NCBI GenBank assembly: GCA_937992175.1
Contig: CALKLF010000030.1
Span: 1,367-65,366 of the forward strand
Length of the DNA stretch: 64,000 nucleotides
Source: an uncultured Fimbriimonadales bacterium
Lineage (GTDB): Bacteria > Armatimonadota > Fimbriimonadia > Fimbriimonadales > GBS-DC
Direction of reading: 5' to 3'
In this document: positions 43,066 to 52,042 of the stretch, piece by piece
Numbering within the stretch: position 1 is the stretch's first letter
Layout of the letters: the number at the start of each line of letters is the position of its first letter
Program-made: the position numbers and the translations under genes
Notes under the pieces: generated by a model
Seen by the model: only the letters and a program-made list of their open reading frames with translations
Told to the model about the DNA's origin: nothing
Database searches by the model: none

Positions 43066-44940
43066 TTAGCGTGTTTTTTGCCATGCGAGGCGAATCACGC
43101 TCGCCACGCGCGGCAGTTCGATGTTAATCAACGGCTGGTCGTCTAGACTGCGCTCGCGGATGCGCCAGTCGTAGTTGAAGCGCAATGGCAGGCTATACAG
43201 CACCATCGCCTCATCTTTGGCGATAATTGCGCCGTTCACGGTCAAGCCCAGCCCGTCGGTCGCGAGGTTCCCGCCCCCGACGAAGTTAGTAAACATGATC
43301 GCGTCGATGCGCGAGATGCCTCGCTCATCCGTGCTGATAACGCCGTCCTGATTGATGTCAATCTGCTGTGAGAGTCGCTCAATTTCGTTCTGCCCGGCGT
43401 CGCCGTAGGCGGATTGATAACGCATACGCCCTGTGCTGTCAATCTGGCGGGCGTCGAACGGCGGAATCCAGTTGCCGTTCTCGTCGTAGCGTCCCCTCGT
43501 AAACGGCGGCGTCATATAGCGCAGGGGATAAGGGTCGCCGAAACGCTTGGTGTTGCCCATCATCACGCTGCCGCGCGCCGCCAGCCCAAGCGCGTCCCTG
43601 CGCTCATTCGTGCTGATGACGGTATCCAGCACGCTGCCTCGAAAATCAGGGGGGTTCTTATAAACAACGTCGCCCACAATATGCACATTCCGTCCCGCAT
43701 AGATTGTGCCTTGCCCCTCCACATAGCCGCGGATCACCACATCCTGCGTGACGGTAATCGGTCCGTGAATGCGGATAGGGTGATTCTGGTAGCCAATCAG
43801 CGCGACGCTGCCGTTGATGACGCCGTTCGTATCTACGCGCACATAGCGGTTCTGGTTCGGGTCCCAGACCTCGATGCGCGCGGGCTGGTTGTAATTCGGG
43901 TTCGGCAAACCGTCGGAATAGGTCGCTTTCGGGTTGCGCCATGTCTGCGAGAGCTGGATGTAGTGGTTCAGGTCGTTCAGGTCGGGCAGGATCAGCTCGC
44001 TGGTGGGGCGATTGTCAAGCGTTTGGTTGCTGAAGTTGCGCGTGCCGTTCACATCCGCCAGCACCGCGCCAAACGGCGAGCCGTTCACCATCTGCCCCTG
44101 AGCGTTATACAGGTAGTCGCGCCAAAGGTTGAAAGTGCTGCTGCCGAACGCGCCATGCAGCGCGCTGCTGTAGGCTTGGCGCATCCACGGGTTGGTCAGC
44201 TGGCGTGTGTTGTACTCAGTGTTCGTCCACTGGCGCGGCGTCTGGCTGCCGCCAGGGAGAATGATTCGCCCCTCCGCACGCGGGCTGAGCTTCTCGTTCG
44301 GCGAGGCGATTATCGAGCCGTTGAACACGGGCGGGCCGCCTGAGCCGTATCGGAACTCGAAATCGCCGTTGGAGCGCGAGTCGCCGTTCATGACGAGCTG
44401 CTCGCCGCTGAAGCCATACATCCAGCCGTAGTTGTTCACGAAATAGGCGTAGTCAAACACAGCAGAGCGGGTGAGCACAAGGTCAAAGGTCTGGTCAATC
44501 ACCTGACGCGGCTCGTGGGCGTCCAGCTGTCCGTTGCCGTTGCGGTCGATCCAGCCGACGGAGCGTACCGTGATACGGCGCGTATAGCTGTCAGGCTGGG
44601 CGTAGCCAATCACCGATGTGGTGTAGTTACCGATGCCCGCGAAGACGCCTGTACGCACCCAGCGCGGGTTGGTAGGACTCGCGCCGTTGAGCGCGCTGTG
44701 AATGGCGTCGAAACGCTGGTTGATTTTGAACTGTCGCCAAATATCCTGAGTAATCGCGTTCAGCCCGCCTTCCGCCAGGTTCTGCGCCGAGACCTCGCGC
44801 ACGCGCGCCGCCGCCGTGCGCAAGTCCTGTGTCGCGATATCCAGATAGGCGACGCCCGTGATGGTCGCCAAACCGCCCATAATTAAGGTGGTCACCATCG
44901 TGCTGCCGCGTGCGCGGCGCAGTTTGCGTATTTTCATCAT
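43066..44940 (-). CDS. large PilX-N-domain pilus-associated protein
   Basis: N-terminus KLRRARGSTMVTTLIMGGLATITGVAYL resembles the PilX N-terminal helix. 624 aa. Confidence 0.65.
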   Translation of the reverse strand: MMKIRKLRRARGSTMVTTLIMGGLATITGVAYLDIATQDLRTAAARVREVSAQNLAEGGLNAITQDIWRQFKINQRFDAIHSALNGASPTNPRWVRTGVFAGIGNYTTSVIGYAQPDSYTRRITVRSVGWIDRNGNGQLDAHEPRQVIDQTFDLVLTRSAVFDYAYFVNNYGWMYGFSGEQLVMNGDSRSNGDFEFRYGSGGPPVFNGSIIASPNEKLSPRAEGRIILPGGSQTPRQWTNTEYNTRQLTNPWMRQAYSSALHGAFGSSTFNLWRDYLYNAQGQMVNGSPFGAVLADVNGTRNFSNQTLDNRPTSELILPDLNDLNHYIQLSQTWRNPKATYSDGLPNPNYNQPARIEVWDPNQNRYVRVDTNGVINGSVALIGYQNHPIRIHGPITVTQDVVIRGYVEGQGTIYAGRNVHIVGDVVYKNPPDFRGSVLDTVISTNERRDALGLAARGSVMMGNTKRFGDPYPLRYMTPPFTRGRYDENGNWIPPFDARQIDSTGRMRYQSAYGDAGQNEIERLSQQIDINQDGVISTDERGISRIDAIMFTNFVGGGNLATDGLGLTVNGAIIAKDEAMVLYSLPLRFNYDWRIRERSLDDQPLINIELPRVASVIRLAWQKTR

Positions 44941-44951
44941 CCACCTCCCCC

Positions 44952-45512
44952 TCAGTTCTGTGTGGCGTTGCGTAGTAAAATCGTCTCTTCATACCAGACG
45001 CGCTGCGCGTTCGCTCCCTGTCCATGCCGCACGCTGAGCCGAATATGAAACGCGACCACGCCAGGCGCAATCTGTTGCACCGCGAAGGGCGTGTAGGATG
45101 CGCCCTGCGGTGTCGTGTTCACGATGTTCGTTAACAGGATGCGCGTCTGCCCGCCATGCGTAAGCGTCAGTTGACCGCTACTGAAGTTGACCAGCAGCAG
45201 TGCCGGATTAGCAATATCGCGCTGAATCGGGGTCAGGAACCGCCCGTTCGCATCGCGCATGGGTAAGTTAATAGAAGCGATGTTGCCACTGACTGAGACA
45301 GTGACGGCTTGCTGTACCAGTTCGCGCACCTCGCGCAGCGCGTTATAGGTGCTGCGGTTCGCGGCGTTATGGTCAATTGTGCGTTGATAGTTGCGCAGCA
45401 CATTAATCTGCGCGCTGACCAGTAGCGCGATTACGATTACGGATAACGCGCTTGCGAGTACCACTTCGAGCATCATCGAGCCGCGTGTGCGGCGTGTCCT
45501 ACCCCGTATCAT
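44952..45512 (-). CDS. prepilin-type N-terminal cleavage/methylation-domain protein (minor pseudopilin)
   Basis: GGAGG lies upstream of ATG 45512. RGSMMLEVVLASALSVIVIALLV has G|SMMLE with Glu at +5. The longer ORF N-terminus translates hairpin repeats. Confidence 0.72.
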   Translation of the reverse strand: MIRGRTRRTRGSMMLEVVLASALSVIVIALLVSAQINVLRNYQRTIDHNAANRSTYNALREVRELVQQAVTVSVSGNIASINLPMRDANGRFLTPIQRDIANPALLLVNFSSGQLTLTHGGQTRILLTNIVNTTPQGASYTPFAVQQIAPGVVAFHIRLSVRHGQGANAQRVWYEETILLRNATQN

Positions 45513-45530
45513 TGATTCCTCCCCACTCGT

Positions 45531-45683
45531 CGCTTGAGCGGGACGCTCAAGCCACCCACACGGGCGAGACGCCCGTGCCACGCCCCGCTGGGGCAGGAGC
45601 GTCCCGCTCCTGCAAGCCTTCCCACACGGGCGAGACGCCCGTGCCACGCGCTGGACGCCCACACGGGCGAGACGCCCGTGCTA
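45531..45683. repeat. array of five 8-9-bp-stem, 3-nt-loop hairpins inside the pseudopilin operon
   Basis: gcttgagcg-gga-cgctcaagc and gcaggagcg-tcc-cgctcctgc, plus three copies of cccacacgggcg-aga-cgcccgtgc(c/t)ac at about 45555, 45621 and 45658. Confidence 0.85.
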
Positions 45684-46163
45684 CTTGAGGCTGGCAACGG
45701 TGGTTGCAAACTGCACCTGCTGCCAGCGATTCGTGCGCGCCTCCTGCCAGCGCACGGTGACGATGACCGTTTTCAAACCGATAGAAATGTTGTTGTTCGT
45801 GGTCAGGTTGACCACTTCGATTGTGCCGAAGCCGTTGCGCAGTTCGTTGGCGAGATTCAGTGTCCCGCCGTCGGGCAGCTGCAGACTGGTGAACCGCACT
45901 CGGAACTGGTTTGTGTCGTTCAGTTCAATCGTTTGCCCGATACCCGCCGCGATTAGCCCGTTGGCAGTGATTTGCAGAAAATCGAGCGTGCGCACGCGCT
46001 CCAGAGCGGTCTGTGCCACATTCGTTGCGAAGGTGTATTGCTGCGCCTGACGCTGCATGCGAGTGGTCATCGGCGAGAGCGCAGCGATGCTCAGCACCAG
46101 CAGCGTCACGATAAACACCGATATCAGAATCTCTGTAAACGCCGATCCCCGTACCCGTCTCAT
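45681..46163 (-). CDS. prepilin-type N-terminal cleavage/methylation-domain protein (minor pseudopilin)
   Basis: MRRVRGSAFTEILISVFIVTLLVL has G|SAFTE with Glu at +5. ATG at 46163 lies 2 nt after the upstream stop. Confidence 0.72.
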   Translation of the reverse strand: MRRVRGSAFTEILISVFIVTLLVLSIAALSPMTTRMQRQAQQYTFATNVAQTALERVRTLDFLQITANGLIAAGIGQTIELNDTNQFRVRFTSLQLPDGGTLNLANELRNGFGTIEVVNLTTNNNISIGLKTVIVTVRWQEARTNRWQQVQFATTVASLK

Positions 46164-46165
46164 TC

Positions 46166-46531
46166 TCAATCCCCTGTCCAGTTGAAGACATGATTGGGCA
46201 GCCCTGTAGGACATGTCGGCGGCGTCCCGATCGCGTTCACGGCATACGACGCTCCGCCCCCCGCGGGGCAAAACGGCTCCGCTTGCAAGTAGTTCGGCAC
46301 TAAGTCGCTCATGCTGACGGTCGCACCTGTCTGAGACTGCGTCGCCAGCGCGTACATCTCTTTCGCCTGATGAATCTGGCGCAGGTTCGCCACGCAGGTG
46401 CGCGTTTGGGCGCGGGCGCGGGCGTTCATCCAGCTGGGCAACGCTAACGAGACCAGGATCGCGATGATAAACACCACGATCATAATCTCCACGAGCGTGA
46501 AGCCCCGTCTCCTCGCGACTCGCTTTGGCAT
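46166..46531 (-). CDS. GspG/PulG-like major pseudopilin
   Basis: AAGGAG upstream. MPKRVARRRGFTLVEIMIVVFIIAILVSLALPS is the canonical G|FTLVE prepilin motif. Confidence 0.82.
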   Translation of the reverse strand: MPKRVARRRGFTLVEIMIVVFIIAILVSLALPSWMNARARAQTRTCVANLRQIHQAKEMYALATQSQTGATVSMSDLVPNYLQAEPFCPAGGGASYAVNAIGTPPTCPTGLPNHVFNWTGD

Positions 46532-46621
46532 GATGGCTCCTTTGGGCGTGCTGTGCCCATGCAGGAGTTTCCACAAAGCGGCGCGAGGCTCCCTGTTAAA
46601 GGCTATAGATTTATCCGCTTG

Positions 46622-47848
46622 CTATCCGATGGGCTTGATGTAGCGTTTGGGGATGCCCCATGGGGCGCGCCAGTTGCGAGAGAGCAGCGCGTTCGCGTCG
46701 CGGTCGTTCACAATCTGCGCACGCTGCGCGTCCCAGCGGATACTGCGCCCCACCCGATAGGCGATATTCCCCAGCAACGGTACAATTGTCGAGCGCACGC
46801 CTGTTAGAACATCCACAGCAAGCGGGACGCCCTCCCGAATCGCGGCGAGGAAGTTCTCTGCGTGCGGTTCGCTCTGCGCCGAGCCGCCGCGCTTGTAGGC
46901 GGGGATACGCTCCTTGTCAGGATGGATTTCCAATCCCTCGCGGCTCACATAGAGGCTGCCGTTCGTGCCGAAGAACATCGTGCCGTAGCCGCGCCCATAC
47001 AGAGGGTATTCGCTGCCCGCGCGATGCGTATAAATCAGCGTCCAGTCTTTGAACTTCCAGATGCAGTCGATTGTATCGGGCGTTTCGCGGTTGTCGTTCA
47101 GCGCGAACTTGCCCCCATAGGCGGCGACCTCCGTCGGGTTATGCTCACCCATGCCCCAGAGCGCGATATCAATTAGATGCACGCCCCAGTCCGCCACCTT
47201 GCCCCCTGCATAGTCCCAGAACCAGCGGAAATGATAGATACATCGGTTCGGATTGTAGGGGCGTTTAGGCGCAGGTCCCAACCAGAAGTCCCAGTCCAGT
47301 CCGGGCGGCGGGTCGCTGTCGGGCGGGTTGCCGATGCCGTTGGGCGTCTCGTTGCCCACATTCCAGCAGTGAACGGTCGTGATTTTGCCTAGTCTGCCCG
47401 AACGCACAATCTCGACCGCTTCCTTGAAATGCTCGCCGCTGCGCTGTTGTAGCCCAATTGCGACCACGCGCTTGTGTTCACGCGCGGCGTGTACCATCGC
47501 CAATCCCTCAGCAATATTGTGCATCGCGGGCTTTTCGCAGAACACATGCTTGCCTGCCTCGCAGGCGTCGATGGTCATTTTCGCGTGCCAGTGGTCGGGC
47601 GTGGCGACGACCACCGCGTCCACATCCTTGCGCTCCAGAATCTGGCGGTAATCGCGGTAGAGTTCGATGTCGTTGCGCCCTGTAACCTGACGGAACTCGT
47701 CGAGGTGTTTCTGGTACACATCGCATGCCGCGACGATATCGCACTGCCCGCGCAGGCGGTTGAACTGCCAGTAGTGATGGCGTCCAATCCCGCCACAGCC
47801 GATAATCGCGATTCGAATCCTATCATTTGCGCCGAATTTGCGTTTCAT
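46622..47848 (-). CDS. Gfo/Idh/MocA-family oxidoreductase
   Basis: RIAIIGCGGIGRHH Rossmann N-terminus and EKP motif (VFCEKPAMH). Confidence 0.85.
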   Translation of the reverse strand: MKRKFGANDRIRIAIIGCGGIGRHHYWQFNRLRGQCDIVAACDVYQKHLDEFRQVTGRNDIELYRDYRQILERKDVDAVVVATPDHWHAKMTIDACEAGKHVFCEKPAMHNIAEGLAMVHAAREHKRVVAIGLQQRSGEHFKEAVEIVRSGRLGKITTVHCWNVGNETPNGIGNPPDSDPPPGLDWDFWLGPAPKRPYNPNRCIYHFRWFWDYAGGKVADWGVHLIDIALWGMGEHNPTEVAAYGGKFALNDNRETPDTIDCIWKFKDWTLIYTHRAGSEYPLYGRGYGTMFFGTNGSLYVSREGLEIHPDKERIPAYKRGGSAQSEPHAENFLAAIREGVPLAVDVLTGVRSTIVPLLGNIAYRVGRSIRWDAQRAQIVNDRDANALLSRNWRAPWGIPKRYIKPIG

Positions 47849-47922
47849 AGCCGCTGCCCTCTCGCCCGTCGGTTCTGAAGTTTCAGTAGGTAGGGGAAGA
47901 ATCCTGCCGATAATCGGGGTAC

Positions 47923-48807
47923 TTACTTTCCGGTCGCCTCGGCGTTGACCGCTTTGAGCATGAAGTTCACCAGCAGGGTGTAAAACTCTTCGGGGCGTTC
48001 GTAGCGCGCCTGCACATGCTCGCAGCCGTCCGCCCACCAGAGCTGCTTGGGTTCCCGCGCCGCCTGGAACAGGCGTTCGGCATGGTAGGGAGGGATGAGC
48101 TGGTCTTTCGTGCCGTGCATCAGCAGCACGGGGCGCGGCGCGATATGCCCGATGATATCTTCAGGGGCGACTTTCGTGGGCGAGCGGCGCGTGTAGAGCC
48201 TGCCAATCCACAGCGTGGGGTGGAGCAGCACTGACGCCTTGCCGACGGCGTTGCGCCACCAGTCCTTGACGGCGTGGCTCAGGCGCGCGTAGGCGGAGTC
48301 GGCGATGACGGCGCGGATACGCTCATCTTCCGCCGCTGCCAGCAGGCTCGCCGCGCCGCCCATCGATGCGCCATACACCACCACCGGCAAACCAGGCGCG
48401 ATACGGCATGCGAAATCGACCGCCGAAAGCACATCGAGCCGCTCCTTGTCGCCAATCGTGCAAAGGTCGCCCTCGCTCTTGCCCATCGCGCGGAAGTCGA
48501 ACACCAGGCAGTGGAAGCCCGCGTGCCACAGCTCCTTCGCCACAGGCAACGGCTCGCAGCGGTTCATCAGGTAGCCGTGACACAGAATCGCAATCCCGAC
48601 GGGCTTGGGGTTGGGAATCCACCAGCCGAAGAGCCGTATCCCGTCGCGCGAGGGGAACGCCACATTCTGATAAGGCAGCCCCATATCGCGCGGGGTCATA
48701 AAAAACGGCGTGCGGGGTGGACGCAAAGTCGCCCGTGTCGCGACATAGTTCGCGAGCAACAGCAGTCCAAAGACAATCACGACGGCGACAACGATGGCAG
48801 GCAACAT
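47923..48807 (-). CDS. alpha/beta hydrolase with N-terminal TM segment
   Basis: ILCHGY and GASMGG (GxSxG). TATACT on the minus strand at 48823..48818, 10 nt upstream of ATG 48807. Confidence 0.82.
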   Translation of the reverse strand: MLPAIVVAVVIVFGLLLLANYVATRATLRPPRTPFFMTPRDMGLPYQNVAFPSRDGIRLFGWWIPNPKPVGIAILCHGYLMNRCEPLPVAKELWHAGFHCLVFDFRAMGKSEGDLCTIGDKERLDVLSAVDFACRIAPGLPVVVYGASMGGAASLLAAAEDERIRAVIADSAYARLSHAVKDWWRNAVGKASVLLHPTLWIGRLYTRRSPTKVAPEDIIGHIAPRPVLLMHGTKDQLIPPYHAERLFQAAREPKQLWWADGCEHVQARYERPEEFYTLLVNFMLKAVNAEATGK

Positions 48808-49022
48808 GACGGTTAAGAGTATACTTCATTTGGGGCGCTGTTCAAATCGGAAATCATCTGCACAACCGTTTGCTCCAGTAGAGGGAGGTCTCACACAATG
48901 GTATCGTAGACCTGCCTCTTTCATATCTGCCGAATTCGTCGGACTCCAGCCCGATGAATTGAATCAGCTGTACCTCAGGACGACTTATTCCTCACAGTCT
49001 CACTGATGCGGGTTTTCAGGAG

Positions 49023-50897
49023 CTACGTTTGTTTCGGGTTCTTCGACCACATTTTCTTGAGTTCCTCGACCACATCTTCAAGCAACCTTACCTGCACAGG
49101 TACAGGAAAAGGCTGATAAGGCTCCATATACACATAGGATAATCCGACTACAGGTTCGTTGAGGATAAAGTCAGAGATCGGCTCTGCAAAAGCAACCTTT
49201 GCTTTTTTCAGCACTTTTGCATCGTCTTCGCTACTGACATGCTTAACGAGGAAGTTCTCGGTCTGGGCGAGGATATCCATCGGTATCCCACTGGGAGACT
49301 GTGTGGAATAGAGCATGCCAATCCCATATTTTCGCCCTTCCTTGGCGATTCTGTAGAAAACGCTGCTTGGTTCCGCAAGTAGGTTGTGCGCTTCCTCGAT
49401 GACCACCAGAACGTCGGTTTTTCGCTGTTGGGAGTCGTTGCCTATCCCTCGCGTATATCGTTGAAGCGCCTCGTTGAAGAGACGGGCTGCCAGCCTTGAG
49501 CTGATAAACTCCACTTGTTCTGGGCGCACTGTGGGTAGGTCGACTATGACAACTTTCCCCGAGATAGCTTCGCGTATAGCGCTGGATAAGAAATCCCCTA
49601 TAACGACGCTGTCTGTATGTAAATCTCGCAAGAAAGAGAGCCTTTTGGCATACTGATATAGCTCACGAGCACTATTACGCTTTTCGTCGCCGCTATCCTC
49701 GCTATTGTCGTCCGTACCATCCTCGCTATCTTGTGTCTTTGAGGTTTTCTTAGCCCTACTGAAGGCTGTCCTCAAGTCGACATCGTTATTATAAAAGTCA
49801 CCATCACGAGCCTCAAATTCTGCTTTTCCATAGCGGATTTTCATCTCCTTCGGAGGACTCAACCCTGCTTCTAAAAGCGCCCCATAAACATACGCCATCT
49901 TATTAGGGATTCTAATCCAGTCACCGTTTTCTGGATCAACCCCTGACCTTGCCGCCTCCAAATATTGCGGCGGGCGTCCCCCTTGAAACAACTCGCGCTG
50001 ATACGCGAGTTCTATAGCCAAATACGGCTCTCTGAAAAAGTTTATTTTTATCGGCTTTACCTCGTAGATGTCACCACTAGACGATCCATCCTCTACTTGC
50101 CGGTTGGTAAACCACACGATTTGCTTCTGTATTCCCAGCTTCTCGAACGCCTGTATCAAGCCCATCGCAGTACTTTCGGTAGTCTGCGTGGCATATTCGC
50201 CGTTCAAATCAAATATCAACATTCCCATGTGTGGGAAGTAGTATTTGAGAAGCACCAAAATCACCTTGTTCTCATTGCTCTTGCCAAAACCTGTTTTCCC
50301 AAAGTTTGCCGTGCGCCGACCATGAAAGTTAGCGACATCGATCATCTTTTTAACATCTATGAGTTTTCCATCCTCTGCGCTCCCCAAGCGTAGGTAACCG
50401 AAGTTCACATACGGATGTTGCTCGTGGGAAGAGGCAGCGGGCTGGAGGCTAACGTTTATTAGTCCTTGAAGTTCTTCGTTGGTCAAAGAAGAAACGCTCA
50501 CATCCAAAAGTGAGGGAACCTTGCGGGTTGAGGGGTAGAAGGAAATCGCCCCTACGCCTGCCCCGTTTTCTGGCTTCTGATACCTACCAAGTATCAAAAT
50601 TTCGTAGTGAAGGAAGTTGATGCTCTTTGCTGTATGCTCGTCCAGCTGTGCTTGATTGAGATTCCTTAGTGCCAGTGCTTCAGCGTAATCGCTGTAGGTA
50701 ATTGGACGGTATACTGAGTTCGTTACCATTCCGAGATACTCGGCACGATTGTCGTAGTAGGTGCCTGTACGCACCTTAACGAACTGACCGAGCTGTAGCG
50801 CACTTGTCTTGAGCTCACGATAATCCAACACAAGCACAATGTAGGTCTTGCCGCCTTTTGTATAGATGTCAGTCACGAAGCCAATTCGGTTTTCCAT
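49023..50897 (-). CDS. HerA/DUF87-like ring ATPase
   Basis: Walker A FGKTGFGKSN and Walker B DVLVVIEEAHNLL. YGIGMLYSTQSPSGIPMDILAQTENFLVKHV (HerA-like C-terminal block). N-terminal barrel-like segment. ATG 50897 has GGAGG 5 nt upstream (GTG 50909 is an alternative start). Confidence 0.8.
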   Translation of the reverse strand: MENRIGFVTDIYTKGGKTYIVLVLDYRELKTSALQLGQFVKVRTGTYYDNRAEYLGMVTNSVYRPITYSDYAEALALRNLNQAQLDEHTAKSINFLHYEILILGRYQKPENGAGVGAISFYPSTRKVPSLLDVSVSSLTNEELQGLINVSLQPAASSHEQHPYVNFGYLRLGSAEDGKLIDVKKMIDVANFHGRRTANFGKTGFGKSNENKVILVLLKYYFPHMGMLIFDLNGEYATQTTESTAMGLIQAFEKLGIQKQIVWFTNRQVEDGSSSGDIYEVKPIKINFFREPYLAIELAYQRELFQGGRPPQYLEAARSGVDPENGDWIRIPNKMAYVYGALLEAGLSPPKEMKIRYGKAEFEARDGDFYNNDVDLRTAFSRAKKTSKTQDSEDGTDDNSEDSGDEKRNSARELYQYAKRLSFLRDLHTDSVVIGDFLSSAIREAISGKVVIVDLPTVRPEQVEFISSRLAARLFNEALQRYTRGIGNDSQQRKTDVLVVIEEAHNLLAEPSSVFYRIAKEGRKYGIGMLYSTQSPSGIPMDILAQTENFLVKHVSSEDDAKVLKKAKVAFAEPISDFILNEPVVGLSYVYMEPYQPFPVPVQVRLLEDVVEELKKMWSKNPKQT

Positions 50898-50899
50898 AA

Positions 50900-52042
50900 C
50901 TACCTCCACATCTGAGGAATTCGCAATCCTGTATTTTGCTGAATCTGGTTTCGAAGTTCATTTTCTACGACGCGCACCAAATTGCTATCAATCGAGGCGC
51001 GTTCGTGTGCTTCGGAAACTGTCGCGATGGAGCCGCCATATAACACTGATCTATGATTATATAGAGTGCTAATTATATCTTCTATCTGTTGTTTGTCGTC
51101 GGCGAAGTACCAGGGGATATCAAAGGTGATTACGCTTTGGAGAGGAGAAAAGGTCTCAGGGAAAAATTTGCCCACATAGCGACGCCCAAATACAAAACTC
51201 CCATCGTAGTCTGGGTTCCACTGGCGTTCGAAGCCAAAGGTATAATCCATCAGCGCTTTCGGAACTTGAAAATAAACGGGGGTTCCACTCGCATGCTGCT
51301 CAATCCACCTCAGAATGACCATAGAGGGGACGCCCTCGCGCAGCAATTTAGTACTTTTGACAACCCCCACAATTCGGGTTTTGTGACGATCAAAGTAGTC
51401 TTTCAGTTTGTGTACGAACGAGTCCTTAACCCCATGCTGCTCGAGCCTTCCATCGCGAACAAGAACTACTTTTATACCTGCGTCCCTATACCGTTTTGCC
51501 AAGGTTACGATATACGCCCATTCCAGAACGCTGCGCACTATATTTGTAAAGCTTTCAAGGTCCTTGTAGATGTGTTCTCCTAAATCGTCTGCCTGAATAC
51601 CTGTTTCGTCCGAGAACTCGGTAAGGGGAGATTCAGAAAACAACTTCTGGATGTAGGTGCGACGCTTCCCTTGCAGTGATGCACTAGCGCTTCCATTATG
51701 TGCTTTTAGTATATCAAACAGTTCGTAGTTTTTGATTACCTTCACTACAGGCTCTGGCTGCTTTTCTAGATCGCTGCTAAACGCGGAGACTCTAATCATG
51801 CCAAGGCTGATCTCGCGAAACTGGGGAAACAATAACGAGCTTCCTCCATCTACGGCGATAGTAACCAGGCGACAGCTCGACGAGGCAGGCGTAATGCACC
51901 GCACTGCGGATTTGTCCAGACAATCACTCAACCGTTCAATCTGTTGCTGAACCTCTTTCAGCAACTTGTAGTCATCCTCAGTAACCTGCTCCAAGAAGTC
52001 AGAGACCCCCAAAGGGTTATTCATTTGACCTGTGTAGGGCAT
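50900..52042 (-). CDS. NurA-like nuclease
   Basis: Ordered motifs TIAVDGGS, LEWAY, VLVRDGRL, VGVVKSTKL and VSEAHERA match my recollection of the NurA D..E..DG.L..G(V/I)sK(S/T)..H pattern. Gene order is directly 5' of the HerA-like gene. Confidence 0.65.
   Translation of the reverse strand: MPYTGQMNNPLGVSDFLEQVTEDDYKLLKEVQQQIERLSDCLDKSAVRCITPASSSCRLVTIAVDGGSSLLFPQFREISLGMIRVSAFSSDLEKQPEPVVKVIKNYELFDILKAHNGSASASLQGKRRTYIQKLFSESPLTEFSDETGIQADDLGEHIYKDLESFTNIVRSVLEWAYIVTLAKRYRDAGIKVVLVRDGRLEQHGVKDSFVHKLKDYFDRHKTRIVGVVKSTKLLREGVPSMVILRWIEQHASGTPVYFQVPKALMDYTFGFERQWNPDYDGSFVFGRRYVGKFFPETFSPLQSVITFDIPWYFADDKQQIEDIISTLYNHRSVLYGGSIATVSEAHERASIDSNLVRVVENELRNQIQQNTGLRIPQMWR

Noticed and set aside
45531-45683. 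Possible CRISPR arrays at the hairpin clusters (45531-45683 and 42462-42595).
   Set aside because: There are only 2-3 copies of a ~28-36-nt unit with irregular, partly self-complementary 'spacers' of 9-45 nt. No cas genes or leader are present. The units are related to dispersed REP-like hairpins elsewhere in the window.
48824-49022. tRNA fragment, att site or direct repeats marking the left border of the low-GC islet.
   Set aside because: I found only two imperfect hairpins (about 48884-48920 and 48927-48958). There is no tRNA-like T-arm/acceptor sequence and no repeat shared with the right border (53088-53146). The integration mechanism remains unknown.
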